Origin: the human T2T-CHM13v2.0 reference genome, Homo sapiens
Assembly: GCF_009914755.1 (NCBI RefSeq)
Contig: NC_060945.1
Direction: 5' to 3' (one strand)
Length of the DNA: 64,000 nt
A program made the translations under genes and the position numbers. Positions 12,400 through 24,984 of the stretch are shown here, piece after piece. Each line of letters begins with the position of its first letter. The stretch's first letter is position 1. Under the pieces are notes generated by a model. It was not told where the DNA came from. It made no database searches and was given only the letters and a program-made list of their open reading frames with translations.

Positions 12400-14045
12400 C
12401 TCTTAAATCAGCTTCCTGACTTCCTTTATCCCTTCATGGGTCTGGTATGTCAGCAACACTTGACAATGTGAGGTTAAACTACTTGCTCTGCTTATGATCT
12501 CATTCCCTCCTGCTATCTCTTTCAGAACAAAGACCTTATACTATCAGTTGATGAATTTTCAGCCTCTTTGCCTCTACCTGTTATATCACTGCCATCTACA
12601 CATCAGCTCAAGCCATTCCTGTCTTTAAAAAACACCATCTCTGACCTTAAACCTTCCTCCATTAACCATCATTCTCTTTTTCCTTCCCCTGAAAGCCATG
12701 TTCTTGCAAAGACTAATTTATAATCACTTGGTCACTGCATTTATTGTTCAGTCTACCATAATTAGAATTATGTCCCATCATTCTATGGAACGTGATTTGC
12801 TGAAGGTTATTAATGATTCAAATTTTTCCAATCTAATACACTCATTGCGGACATCATCTATCTGGAGCTGGTAGCACAGTTGAGAGAGAGCTTCTTTACT
12901 CCTAGAGCTGGCTCCTCCCTTGAATGGATAAACCATTCTCCTGGTCTTGTGCTATCTCTTGGACCGTTCGCTCTCAGTCTTCCCTACGGCCTCAATTCAG
13001 CTGACTCTGTCTACTGCTTAACATCCCACAGCCACCACTGCTGTCTAGCTCCACTCCTCGATCCCCAGTCCTGGAAACCAGTCTTTGAAATCTTCCCTTT
13101 ACTCTGGCAATTTTCTCTTCACTCGTCTTGCTGCCTCTATTCTCTTTCACATCCACTTTATCTATCCCCTCACTGTCAGCGTGATCTCTCAAAATATGAT
13201 GAAACTACTTTTATCTAAAACCTTTAAACTCCTTCCTGGAACTCCTTATCATGTTCCCTTAGCACAAATTTCCCCAGTAGCAACCCTGAATAAGGGTTTA
13301 CACGCTGATAGTTTATTTGGGAGCACAACGAACACCAACAAGGGAATGGGGAACTGATACACAGACAGGAAGGCAGGGAAGACTAGAGCTTAATCCTGCT
13401 ACAATATCCTGGGGAATTGCTACAAAACTCATGTCTCCGAGTTATCCTAATGAAGGGAGAAGGTTGTGGGATACATATACAACAAATCTAGTCAGTCTGC
13501 TTCTGGGTATGGGGGGACTCACTTCCGCAGCACTTTTGGGAATGGGACGGGGGGACTCACTTCCTTCAGCACTTCTGGCCTACCAAGAATGGCCAGAGAA
13601 CCTTCTAGAGATCCAACAAAGCCCCAAGGCACAGCTTGAAGTTGGCCCTGGAGCACAGTGAACTGGGCAAGGTACAAAGATATGGTGAGACTCTGACAGA
13701 ATCTCCAACACGTGGCTTACAAATTTTATTTATGTCACATTATCTTACCCTATCTCTTGTGGCACCCTGACTCGCCTTCTTGCACACACCGTAGGGAAAA
13801 CCTTGGATCTTGCATGATGTATTGCTCTGCTCTAGTCTGTGCATCTCTAGAATGCCCTTCTCCTCCTTGCTCACTGGTCAACACCTGATAATTCAACAGC
13901 CATCTCAATTGTTACCTCTGTCACAATCCCTGTCCTGAAATTCCGGTGGGTACTAACCAATGCTTCCCTTGAATTCCCACGTGCTATGCTCATGATTTGA
14001 TTCCCTCCTGCTGTATAAATATCGATACTACAGCCTTGAACACTT
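12400..14045 (+). mobile_element. L2 LINE relic, split by the LTR at 13250-13710
   Basis: Pyrimidine-rich L2-like motifs (TTTGCTGAAGGTTATTAATGA, CAGCGTGATCTCTCAAAATATGA, CTAGAATGCCCTTCTCCT). Confidence 0.6.
13250..13710 (-). mobile_element. ERVL LTR, LTR16/LTR33-like
   Basis: ACCCTGAATAAGGGTTT...TAGTTTATTTGGGAG...GGGAATGGGGAACTGA motif typical of the antisense LTR16/33 group; internal duplication of GGGGGACTCACTTCC. Confidence 0.6.
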
Positions 14046-14909
14046 CCCTGCAAGTTATGTTGCTGTATGCTGCTAAATAAGCCTTTGGTGCTAAAGCAGT
14101 GAATTTAGGTCACAGAAGCTCCAAATATAAAAATAAGATGCTGTATTTCAGGTGAGCAATTACTCCCATAACTATTTGTAGTGAAGTTGCCTACTATACT
14201 GATTTACCTTGTTGAGCAAAGTAAACCCCTGAACATATGACTAAAATTCAAAGGTATAAAAGTCAAACAATAGAGTTGGACCTTATAAGAAGAGTTTCAT
14301 CCCAAGAGTTAAAACATTTTATAGAATTTTCAATTATACTTTGCCCTTTGGAAACACCCACTTTTATGACATAATAAAAAAATGCAACAATAAAAAATGT
14401 TGACATAATTGGCCAATCCCCACCCCTACCCACACACCCACACTACATACAAGACAATGATGGTGTAGCCCGAAAGAATCTCATGACTGTGGGACAGCCC
14501 TACTTCACAAGGGCTGGTGATATTCCTTAGTTAGAGGATGACATGCATTCTGCATTTGACATATGCAAGATGGATCAGGGATATTTCAGTAAAATGTATG
14601 AAAAAGCAGGTTGTGTGAAAATTGAATGTTGCTATAGCAAACAGCACTTGGATTATATTAAGGAGGAGTCTCTGGAGGTTAGAAGCTTGTCAAATTATTA
14701 CTGTCAGAACAAAGAGATCAGCATGGCCTCTTGAAGCCAAAGTCAAAAACATCAATTTGAGAAAAACTGGATAACAAGAGGGGTAAACACATTTTTTTTT
14801 ATTGAATTACCTCGTTTGCATGTCGGGAGGGCATATTTTGAACTAATTTTATGGATTCTCAGGCCCTTCAAGGTACAATGGAAAGAACGTTAAACTTGCA
14901 GTAAAGGAT

Positions 14910-15267
14910 TGTATTAGTCCCTTCTTGTGCTGCTATAAGAAATACCTGAGACTGGGTAATTTATAAAGGAAAGAGGTTTAATGGACTCACAGTTCCACAT
15001 AGCGGGGGAGGCCTCACAATCATGGTAGAAGAGGAAGGAAAAACAAAGGGGCATCTTACATGGCAGCAGGCAAGAGACAGTGTGCAGGGGAATTCCCCCT
15101 TAGAAAACTATCAGATCTTGTGAGATGTATTCACTTTCATGAGGACGGCATGGAAAGACCCACCCCCCCATGATTCAATTACCTCCCACTGGGTCTCTCC
15201 ATGACACGTGGGGATTATTAAAATTCAAGGTGAGGTTTAGGTGGGGACACAGAGTCAAACCATATCA
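14910..15267 (-). mobile_element. THE1 (THE1C/D-like) solo LTR
   Basis: TGTATTAGTC...CAAACCATATCA termini; ACCTGAGACTGGGTAATTTATAAAGGAAAGAGGTTTAATGGACTCACAG. Confidence 0.93.
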
Positions 15268-15428
15268 ATGACCGTGGCACCTACTTGCCTGCCAACTCCT
15301 TTCAATCAATAGCATAATCCCTTCCTTTTAGGAACTGGTCAAGGATCTAATTTTAAGTTGTCTTTTTTTCAATGCCCTGTCTCAAGCCCAACCAAAGCAA
15401 GTGATATTAAATAGGGAAAGTGTAAAAC

Positions 15429-15756
15429 AATGGTATGCAACCTCACTGCACATTAGAATCACCTGGGGAACTCATAAAACCTATGGATGCCTGGACCCAT
15501 CCAAGATTAATTAAAAGAGATAAAGCCCAGGAATTTTAAAATTCCCTCCAGGTGATTCCAATGTGACTTCAAGTTTATGAACCACTGACCCAGCGGCATA
15601 GGCATCGCCTGACAACTTGTTAGAAATGCAAATTCTTGGGCAAAAATGCAAATTTTTGTTTCAGACTCACTGAAACAAAAATCCTGTGGGTGATGTCCAG
15701 AAAGCTGTGTTTTAACGACTCTCCAGGTAATACTAATACTAAAATTTGAGGACCCA
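15429..15756. mobile_element. Two adjacent MER5-type (hAT-Charlie) MITEs
   Basis: CACATTAGAATCACCTGGGGA...CTCCAGGTGATTC...GAACCACTG, then CTTGTTAGAAATGCAAATTCT...CTGTGTTTTAAC. Confidence 0.75.
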
Positions 15757-15889
15757 TGTCCACCTATTTTCACTGATGCTTTATCTGCGTGTTTTTAATC
15801 TATATTCTAGCTCCCCAGAGAAATAGCTAACAACCTCACATAGATATTATGCCTAACCTTACACTTTTACTAAAGTTCACTACAGAAAC

Positions 15890-16140
15890 CCAATGAAAAG
15901 AGTGGGCTATATGTGATTTAGAATTCAAAAGCCATAGATTCCAAAGCAGTTTGCCCATTTGCTAGAGAGGTTACGTTCAGCAAGTTCTTAAAAGTCTCCA
16001 AGTGTCAGTTTTCTCAGCTTTCAATGAGAGTAATAGTAGTACTTATAGCAATGAGCTGTTGGGAGGAAAAAATCAGAATACCGACGTAAAGCTCTAGTAT
16101 AACGTCTCATATATAATAGCACTCAGGAAAGGCTGGCTCT
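15890..16140 (+). mobile_element. MIR SINE
   Basis: CAGCAAGTTCTTAAAAGTCTCC...TCAGTTTTCTCAGC...GTAATAGTAGTACTTA core and 3' end. Confidence 0.7.
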
Positions 16141-16559
16141 ATAAAGAAACTTTCTGAAAATTTGAAAATATATAAATAAATAGAGAAAAACCTGGAAAAG
16201 ATTGTATCAATTAAAACAAATCATTCTCAGGATTTAAGACTAGAAAATATCCTGACCATATTAACTCCTATTAGTCTATGAAAGATGTACGATAGCTCAT
16301 TGTTTCTTTCCCATCAGAGGTGGTTAACATGAAGGTCAGAACTGGGCACCAAGCTATAAATTGGTAGTAACTTTACTGAACTTAGTTATTATTTTTTCAT
16401 ATTACATGCACTCATTTATAATATAATTTAGCTCCTTATCTGTAATGTTTGTTTCAAAACAAATCTGTGTATTATTTTAAGAAACCACAAATCCTTTTGA
16501 AACAAAGGCAAAATGTGAAGAAATGATTAATCGTGTTGCCTTAGAAAAATCAAGAACCA

Positions 16560-16926
16560 TGGAATACTGTGCAGCCATAAAATGAATGAGTTCATGTCTT
16601 TTGCAGGGACATGGATGAAATAGAAACCATCATCCTCAGCAAACAAACACAGGAACAGAAAACCAAACACTGCATGTTCTCACTTATAAGTGGGAGCTGA
16701 ACAATGAGAACACATGGACACAGGGAGGGGAACATTGCACACCAGGGCCTGTTGTGGGGGAGGAGAGCAAGGGAAGGGATAGCATTAGGACAAATACCTA
16801 ATGCATGTGGGGCTTGAAACGATGACAGGTTAATGGGTGCAGCAAACCCCCATGGCACATGTATACCTATGTAACAAACCTGCACATTCAGCGCATGTAT
16901 CCCAGAACTTAATAAAATAAAATAAG
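16560..16926 (+). mobile_element. 5'-truncated L1PA8-like 3' end
   Basis: L1 3'UTR with short A-tail; TSD AAAATCAAGAACCA at 16546-16559 and 16927-16940. Confidence 0.93.
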
Positions 16927-17249
16927 AAAATCAAGAACCACTATGTCCGTATCTCATAAAAATCTTTGAGTCTGTTTCATAATATTCCTTCTTGGGGTAA
17001 ATTTTGTTGCTAGAAAATTTACTTTCAATGGTCCCTCTTTAACAAAAAACAGTAATGCTCACTCTTTTAAAAAAATAAAGTAAAAAAAAAATTATTTCTG
17101 CCAACCCACCAGATTTCACAATGGTAATGTGGGCCAACCACAAATCAGTTATTGTGTGCTCCTTCAATGTTCCCCTCTGTGTATATTTGAACTGAGATTA
17201 CTAAAATAGATAAATGTGCATTTTTTATTTTATAAATAGTTTGTACAGC

Positions 17250-17416
17250 TCTGTATATAGTATTCTTTGTCTATATGTGTGTTTGTATTTAAGGATATGT
17301 TTATGTTTTTCTCTCTCTAAATGATAGAATTGTGGATTTAATTTTCTACTTTCTAATTGCTGTATTTTCAATTGTTTTCTGAAACAGTATATGTTGCTTT
17401 TTAAATCAAGGGAAAA
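17250..17416 (+). mobile_element. L1ME-like 3' terminus
   Basis: GATAGAATTGTGGATTTAATTTTCTACT...TATGTTGCTTTTTAAATCAAGGGAAAA. Confidence 0.4.
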
Positions 17417-18501
17417 TACAGATAATTTAATGCTTTTTAGAATTTCCCATTAAAATAATTTCCATTCAGGAACAAACTAGAGAACAGTCTGAGAATGTGT
17501 GATGGTTGTTGTCATCCCAGTACTCCTATTCAGATGACAGGCCTGATTCATTCTCCTGCAAAGAACTTCTGTGTATCATTGTCTGGCATGCGCTTAAGGA
17601 GTCGTGATTCTCTGCCCATGTTTTCACAAAAGTAATTCTCCACTCATACTTTCTGAAAACTCTCTACCTTACTATATGCAAGTTGGGTGGATATTGTGTG
17701 GCACATGGAAAACTCTATTGTTTTGCAAAGAATATGGGAGAAGATCATTTAGGAACAAAAATGCTATTAATTATTCTGTCAGATATACAGGTGAGATTTA
17801 TGTGAGTTTAATGTTGTCTTTTTCTCAGCTGTGCTATCCCTGACCTAGAATTCTAGAAATAATAGATTGCTAGATAAAAGGCTGATCATGCATCTCCACA
17901 TCTACTTTTTGCCAAGCCTTTAAAACTAGGCCAAATATCTTACTCTTTCAAAAAGTTGTCACATTATAAGTGAAAGCTCTAAAGAAAGGCTTTTGTTTTA
18001 CAGCCTAGATGACTGAGTGTATCTAACATGTCTGTACATAAACGTAGTTGTATGGGTACCATTGAACCAATGTTCAAATTAGATAGACACTTCAAAGACA
18101 TTAATATGTTATTGTAACCTAGAATTAAGAAAGGAAGTTCAGACTAAAAGTTTATACAGAAATATTCAGTAGAAAACTGAAAACATTTTTAGTTATTTAA
18201 ATTTGCCTTAAAAATAAACCTACAAAATGTGGATCAAGTAGGGGGATAAATATATGACAAGAATAATATATTACATATGTCATACTTTAGTGTCTCTGAA
18301 TATTTAGAATTAATAATTGTGGCTATAAAATGGTTATAAAAACTGTTTTAGCTAATTAAATTTATAATTTTAGACAATAGTAGGGTTACATTTTTAGCTT
18401 AACTAATCTGTAGATTCCTCTTCCTGTTAACAAAAGCAAAAGAAAGAAAGGAAATGAGGAAGAAAGGAGGGAACAGGGAGAGAGGAAGGAAAGGAAGGAA
18501 G

Positions 18502-18842
18502 TGCTGTGGTCTGAATGGTAGTGTTCCCCCAGAATGTGTGTTAGGACCTAATACCCAATGTGATAGTATTAAGAAATGCAGCCTTTAGGAGGTGATTAGG
18601 TCACCTCTTAAATTAGGTTAGTGCTTATAAAATGAGGCCTGAGGGACCCTGTTTGGCTGTTTTACCAAGTTAGGACACAGAGAAGGTGCCATCTATGAGA
18701 AACAGGCCCACATCAGACACCAACTCTGCTGGCACCTTGATCTTGGACCTCCCAGTCTCCAGAACCATGAGCAATAATTTCTGTTGTTTATAAATTACCC
18801 AGTCTAAGGCGTTTTGTTATAGTAGCCTGAATGGAGAAAGCA
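18502..18842 (+). mobile_element. MaLR LTR (MSTD/MLT1A-like)
   Basis: TGCTGTGGTCTGAATG start; CAGACACCAACTCTGCTGGCACCTTGATCTTGGAC...AAATTACCCAGTCT. Confidence 0.85.
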
Positions 18843-19055
18843 AAAGAGGAAAGGAGAGAGAGACAGAGAGAGAAAGAGAGGAGAGAAGAAGGAAGGAAGG
18901 AAAGAAGAAAGGAAGAAAGGAAGGTAGGAAGGAGGGAAGGAAGGAAGGCAGGGAGGGAGGGAGGGAAGGGAAGGGGAAAAAAACAAACAAGCGAGAGGGA
19001 GGGAGGCAGGGAGGAAGAAAGGAAGGAGAGAAGGAAGGAGGGTAGGGGAGAGGAA
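18833..19055. repeat. GA-rich (GGAA/GGGA) low-complexity tract; a related tract lies at 18430-18501
   Basis: Near-pure purine run on the + strand. Confidence 0.9.
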
Positions 19056-19065
19056 TCTATTTCTT

Positions 19066-19364
19066 TTCTTTGTTTTTTGAGACAGAGTCTCAGTCACTCT
19101 GTCACCCAGGCTGGAGTGCAGTGACATGATCTCCACTCACTGCAAACTCTGCCTCCTGGGTTCAAGCAATTCTTATGCCTCAGCCTCCCGAGTAGCTAGG
19201 ATTATAGCTGCATGTCACCACACCCAGCTAATTTTTGTATTTTTAGTAGAGACGAGGTTTTACCATGTTAGCCAGGCTCGTCTTGAATTCCTGACCACAG
19301 GTGATCTGCCCTCCTAGGCCTCCCAAAGTGCTGAGATTCCAGGCATGAGCCACCGTGCCCGGCT
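19066..19364 (-). mobile_element. AluS (Sx/Sz-like)
   Basis: Full-length antisense Alu; TSD GAGGAATCTATTTCTT (19050-19065) and GAGGAATCAATCTCTT (19367-19382). Confidence 0.95.
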
Positions 19365-19995
19365 GGGAGGAATCAATCTCTTAAATGTAGCAAGGGCCTT
19401 TTGAAATCTAAATAAAACACAAAAGGGCAAAACATTGACTAGCCGAACACTGGTCTTCTGACCCATCTGGGGTCTCAGCCTGGGCTACACTGAGCTACTT
19501 CTTGTGGTGCCTTGAAGTCAGTTAATTTCACTTCCTGTTTTCTGGGCCACTTCACCTCTCCACTATATCCAATTAATCAATACTTTCTAGTAATACCACA
19601 TCGAATAATAAAACTCACATCAGAAGCCACCATCACTCCCACCTCATTTTTAATGGCCCATGCCTTATTGACCAGCTCTGTAATTACTTACCAGGCTCAC
19701 TGCATGCCATTTACTTTAGCACCAACAAACTCATTCCCTTGCTGACCGGTGTGGATATGCCACTCCCCTACCTAAGTCAGTGCTTTTTCTTCATCTAAAG
19801 TACCATATGTTAATCTGGAGTTTGAGTCTTGAAATACCTTCTAAAATCTATATACATTTGGGTTTTTCTGCATCAGTGCTTATTTTTCTTGGTTGACAAT
19901 GCACTGCGTCCTTCATATTCTAAAACAGGCCTGGAATTCATTCAAGATGAATATCTTCAGAACAAAGCCAAAGACTTTAGCATAGACTGCAAGAA

Positions 19996-20269
19996 TTATT
20001 TTTGAGATAAAGTTTCAATCTTGTTGCCCAGGCTGGAGTGCAGTGGCACGATCTCGGGCTGCCCGGGTTCAAGCAATTCTCCTACCTCAGCCCCCAGAGT
20101 AGCTGGGACTGCAGGTGTGCGCCACCACGCCCGGCTAATTTTTGTATTTTTAGTAGAGACGGGGTTTCACCATGTTGGCCAGAATGGTCTCAAACTCCTG
20201 ACCTTGTGATCTGCCCACCTTGGCCTCCAAACGTGCTGGGATTACAGGCATGAGCCACTGCGTACAGTC
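19996..20269 (-). mobile_element. AluS with a small internal deletion and very short tail
   Basis: Antisense Alu; TSD ACTGCAAGA at 19986 and 20271. Confidence 0.93.
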
Positions 20270-20329
20270 AACTGCAAGACTTTCTATGATCTAACCCCAA
20301 AAGACCTCTGCCATTCCAGGGTCACCATC

Positions 20330-20755
20330 TGCCCCAAACACTTAATGCCCAGCCATATCATACTCCTTTTAAGGTCCTCTAACTGCACCAACTTTCTAAC
20401 TTTTCCATGTTTTTGCACATGTTGCTTCTCCTTGTATTTTGGACTCTTCACCATCATTTATTGTCCAACTTCAACTCCCTTTTCAAAATCAAATTAGAAG
20501 TCACTTTTTCTGTGAAAGTTTCTCAGCCTCCACTATGCTAATATGCAGTTGATAGCTTTATCTTAGTTTGCTGTGGTACCTGGGCATATCTCTATCATGA
20601 CAATTTTCAAATAATATTGTAGGTGTGTATGCAGCTGGCCCACTTTGAAGAGTGGGCTACCAGAAAAAAGAAGTTGTATTTTATTCTTGTTGGTAATCTC
20701 AGAGTCCAGCAGTATCTAACACTTAGTAAGTGCTCAGTCAAACTTTGATGAGGCA
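20330..20755 (+). mobile_element. L2 3' end
   Basis: Ends CCAGCAGTATCTAACACTTAGTAAGTGCTCAGTCAAAC, L2 3' terminus-like. Confidence 0.6.
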
Positions 20756-21272
20756 AAGAGCATAAAGTCAGCTGAGCAAGAAGACAGAGACTTTTGATGG
20801 AAACAGAAAACTTCAGGGCCATATTTCACTCATGAAAACCATCCCCAGGGCAATAACTAATTAATAGCAGGCATTTGGTAGAGGCATGTTGCTGAGAGTG
20901 AACCCCTTTAAAAATCGAAATGATAGAAAGTTTTTAGTTACATTATGCACTGACAAATTACTTGAGCAAAAGCTGAGAACTAACTGTCTGCTTATAGCAA
21001 AAGGAACTTGAAATAAGGAAGTGACATCCCAGGGTGCAATCACATGTTACTTAAGAAATTCAGCAGAATTTTAGCAGTAGAAAAATTTAGCAATTGAAAC
21101 CAACCCTGAATAGAATTCTTTTCTTAGTTCCAATTGGCTATGTATAACCATTTACTCACAAGGCAAAATTGGAAATTAATATTAGAAATACCTATCATTC
21201 CATTTATAGTAAATAATTATGCTGGATTTTACTGTATATTGAGTTGCAGATACAGTTGTTCCCAATCCATAA

Positions 21273-21560
<288 letters not shown>

Positions 21561-22189
21561 CATAATTATTCTTAATTAACCATTTTGTTGTTTGTGGTCT
21601 TATAAAATCTTTAGTTAAAAGAAAACCTGACTGTCACAATCAAGGTTCCAGGCCCCGGAATGAGGGACGCCAGATGAGAAACGAGACTTAGTGATGATTT
21701 CTATAACAACATTTATCCCAACCACACATTACATTTGTAATCTCTTAGACCTTGTAAAGGGGATTTTATTAAAACTACAAAAAGTAAACGTATATGGATC
21801 TAAATAATTAAGACAGAGAAGATAAAGTTAGCATCTGAGGCTGCAGGTAGGATGGATTTCAGCTGAGCTGGAACTAGAGCAGAAGCAACCTGTGAGAAGG
21901 GTTATAGACAGACGTGCGAAAGAAAGTGTTTAAGAAGTGTTGCAACTTTCATTTTCACATTCTCAATGTTCTCACTCTGGTTTTTGTGTGACCCCAGACT
22001 GATATGTCTTCCAAAGCAGTACCCAATGGCTGGAATTCGTGTACATTATCATTTATTATTTTAAATGTTTTCAGAGTTATTGTGATCTCTTCTGCCACAC
22101 CAAATTTATGCAGAGTCCTTGGCAAAGAATATAGTGGACTTGCCCACATTCCACTCCATTCCCTGTCCTCTGACCTTCAGCACAGACCA

Positions 22190-22410
22190 CAGAACAATGG
22201 TTGAGAACGCAGACTATGGGAGCCAGACTGTCTGGTTTCCGGTGTCCGTGACCATGAGCAGACTGTGTGCTTTGCATTCTTCCATCTGTCTAATGGGGAC
22301 AATAATAGTTCCTCCCAGGCTTGTTATAAAAATGAATAGTTACTGTCAACTCTAAGCAAAGCTCTTAGATCAGTTCCTGGAGCATCACAAGGCCCTGTAT
22401 GTGCTTGCAA
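22190..22410 (+). mobile_element. MIR SINE
   Basis: AATGGTTGAGAACGCAGACTATGGGAGCCAGACTG...CATCTGTCTAATGGGGACAATAATAG. Confidence 0.8.
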
Positions 22411-23243
22411 AATAAATAAATAGCTCCACTTTGGGCAGGTAAAGTGAAGTGTTGAGTAAATTGTTTCTTCATAGTGAATAAAGAAACGGTTATGGAATGC
22501 CCAGCATAAGCCTTAAACACATCCACTCTTCCCCCTGGGTGAAGCCAACAATGATACTAGGGGGATAGTTATCATTCCTGCCTGCAACCCAGAACTGAGG
22601 AAAGAGGACCAGGAAGAATATCAGGGCTCCTATAACCTTACCCTTTATTTTTGCAAATAAAGGAACTGAAAGAGTTTAAAGAATTTGCTGAAAGCCACAC
22701 CACATATTTAGTGTGAGTCACAAACCCATTTCTTGTGACTATCAGCTTAGCTCTCTCCATTATACTCATGTCATTAGAGTGGTTATGACAGGAAAGCAGA
22801 AGAAAGGCCAGGAGTCCAGGGGTTCCTTGAAGAAACACCATGGAGATGTAACAGGCAAAGAAAGAAGATGGGGCCCCAAAATATAACTTTCTCTACCAGT
22901 TCTGCCAGAACTTCTCAGACTGGCTTAAGCAAATAACTTTGCACAATTTTTTCATCAGCTAAGAGAACAGTTTATGAATGCCTTAAATAAATTTGACTAT
23001 TTTTTAGCTTAATTGATAAGAAAATGCATTTCCATTTACAGAAACTAAAAGTAACCTACTTGAAAACTCAGTCCTCAAGCTTTAGGGTTTGCGTGCACTC
23101 TGTAGGAATGCATAACTGTAGGAATGGGGTTATGATTTGCCTTTGGGAATTCTTGAAGTGAGTCTGTTTACTCTTGTATTTCAGCACCTAGCCCAGTGCA
23201 CAGCATTCAGTGAATATTTCTGATTTCCTATTTTAGTGTATAT

Positions 23244-23420
23244 CAGCGGCCCTCAAACTTTACTGAACATGAGAATCACTTGGCAGAGCTTGTTAAAAAA
23301 AGGTGGATTCCCTCAATACAACCCCTAGAGGAGAATGGCCCAGCAGGCCTGTGGGGCATTTTTAACAAGGTGCTCTTGATTCTGAGGGAGGCAGTCTTAC
23401 ATAATGCTCAAATTGGAAAT
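23244..23420. mobile_element. MER5-type MITE
   Basis: CAGCGGCCCTCAAACTTTACTGAACATGAGAATCACTTGG...GCTTGTTAAAA. Confidence 0.55.
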
Positions 23421-24625
23421 ATAAATAATAAGCTCATATCAATTTGTCACCTTTAGAATTTGAACCAAAATTTCCCCCACCTACACATGCCTCACAAAGC
23501 TATGTTATAGGTGCTCTCTAACTCACACGCCTCAGGGATCCCATCAGCACCATGTTTTTTTCTAGCCAGAATTCTAATGAAATGTAAGAGTAGTATTCTC
23601 CTCATGCAAAACTTAATTCTGTCAACTCTTTCTCAATATTTGGTTATTTTTGTTAGTGAGGCTTAATTGCAGAGAGCTGTTTAGAGAAATGTTGAAGGGC
23701 TAAATTTGACATTTTCAGCACAATGGAAGATTTTTGACCTCCTGGACTAGAGACTTAGTCAATATATCTTCAAGTCTATCCTTTTGCTTGTTTTCAAATA
23801 CTATAAATTAGGACAATGATCTCAGAGTAGGGCTCACATCATGAGAGGCAAGGTGACTGCGGAGCAATTATATGACTGATACTAGCCTTTGAGGACAGGT
23901 TTCCACCAGAAGGTTGTCTGGAGTCAGTATGAGACATTCTGAAAACAAGTGATGTTTCACATGCCCACAGATACACATTTAGGCCCGAATTCTCCATATT
24001 CAAAGGTCTACGGGGTTCCAGTGCTCACCTCTGGGGGCTTTTTTGTTAGTAGATTTGGCTCTCATAACAAGTGACAAGATTATGGCTGACACTCAAGTCT
24101 CTGGCTTATGTGGAAAATGTCATTATTTACAATTTTCCTCCTTTGGAAATATTAAAGAAAATACGTTTGGTGGTTTAATTATCATCAAAAAGTAATTGAG
24201 GGAGACTGGGTACATAGAACTATAGTAGGAGTTAGAAAGTGTAAATTAATCTATAGAAAAGTGATAGCTCTAGAAGGCTATGCTATAAACAAAGTAACAG
24301 ACACACTGGCCACTGACAAGTTAAATAAGAAAGAACCTAACATGAATGTAAGTACAGAGTCAAGTATCTGTTGAGTGGATGGACGCAAAGGAATTTGTGG
24401 ATTTACTACTTTCCTTACACCCTCTACACTTTCCAAAGCGTGACCTGGCACACTTGAATAGATTCACTGTGTGCTGAAAGAGACCACTCTTATTGCTATT
24501 TCAAGGGAAATATTTTAAGACTTGAGATATTATAGAAACCTGAACAAATAGAAAATGGAAAAAAATAATCGGAGAACAAAGTAATACAGTCTGCCCAGGC
24601 TTGAGTGAAAATCAAAGTAGCATGG

Positions 24626-24984
24626 TGTATTAGTCCGTTCTCATGTTGCTAGTAAAGTCATACCTGAGACTGGGTAATTTATAAATGAAAGGGGTTTAAT
24701 GGACTCACAGTTCCACATGGCTGGGGAGGCCTCACAATTATGGCAGAAGGCGAAGGAAGAACAAAGGCTTATCTGACATGGCAGCAGGCAAGAGAGGGTG
24801 TGCAGGGGAACTGCCCTTTATAAATTTGATCTCCTGAGACTTATTCACTACCACAAGAGCAGCATGAGAAAAACCCACCCCATGATTCAATTACCTCCCA
24901 CCAGGTCCCTCCCACAACACATGGGGATTATGGGAGCTACAATCCAAGATGAGATTTGGGTGGGGACACAGCCAAGCCATATCG
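24626..24984 (-). mobile_element. THE1 (THE1C-like) solo LTR
   Basis: Canonical termini; perfect TSD CATGG at 24621-24625 and 24985-24989. Confidence 0.95.
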
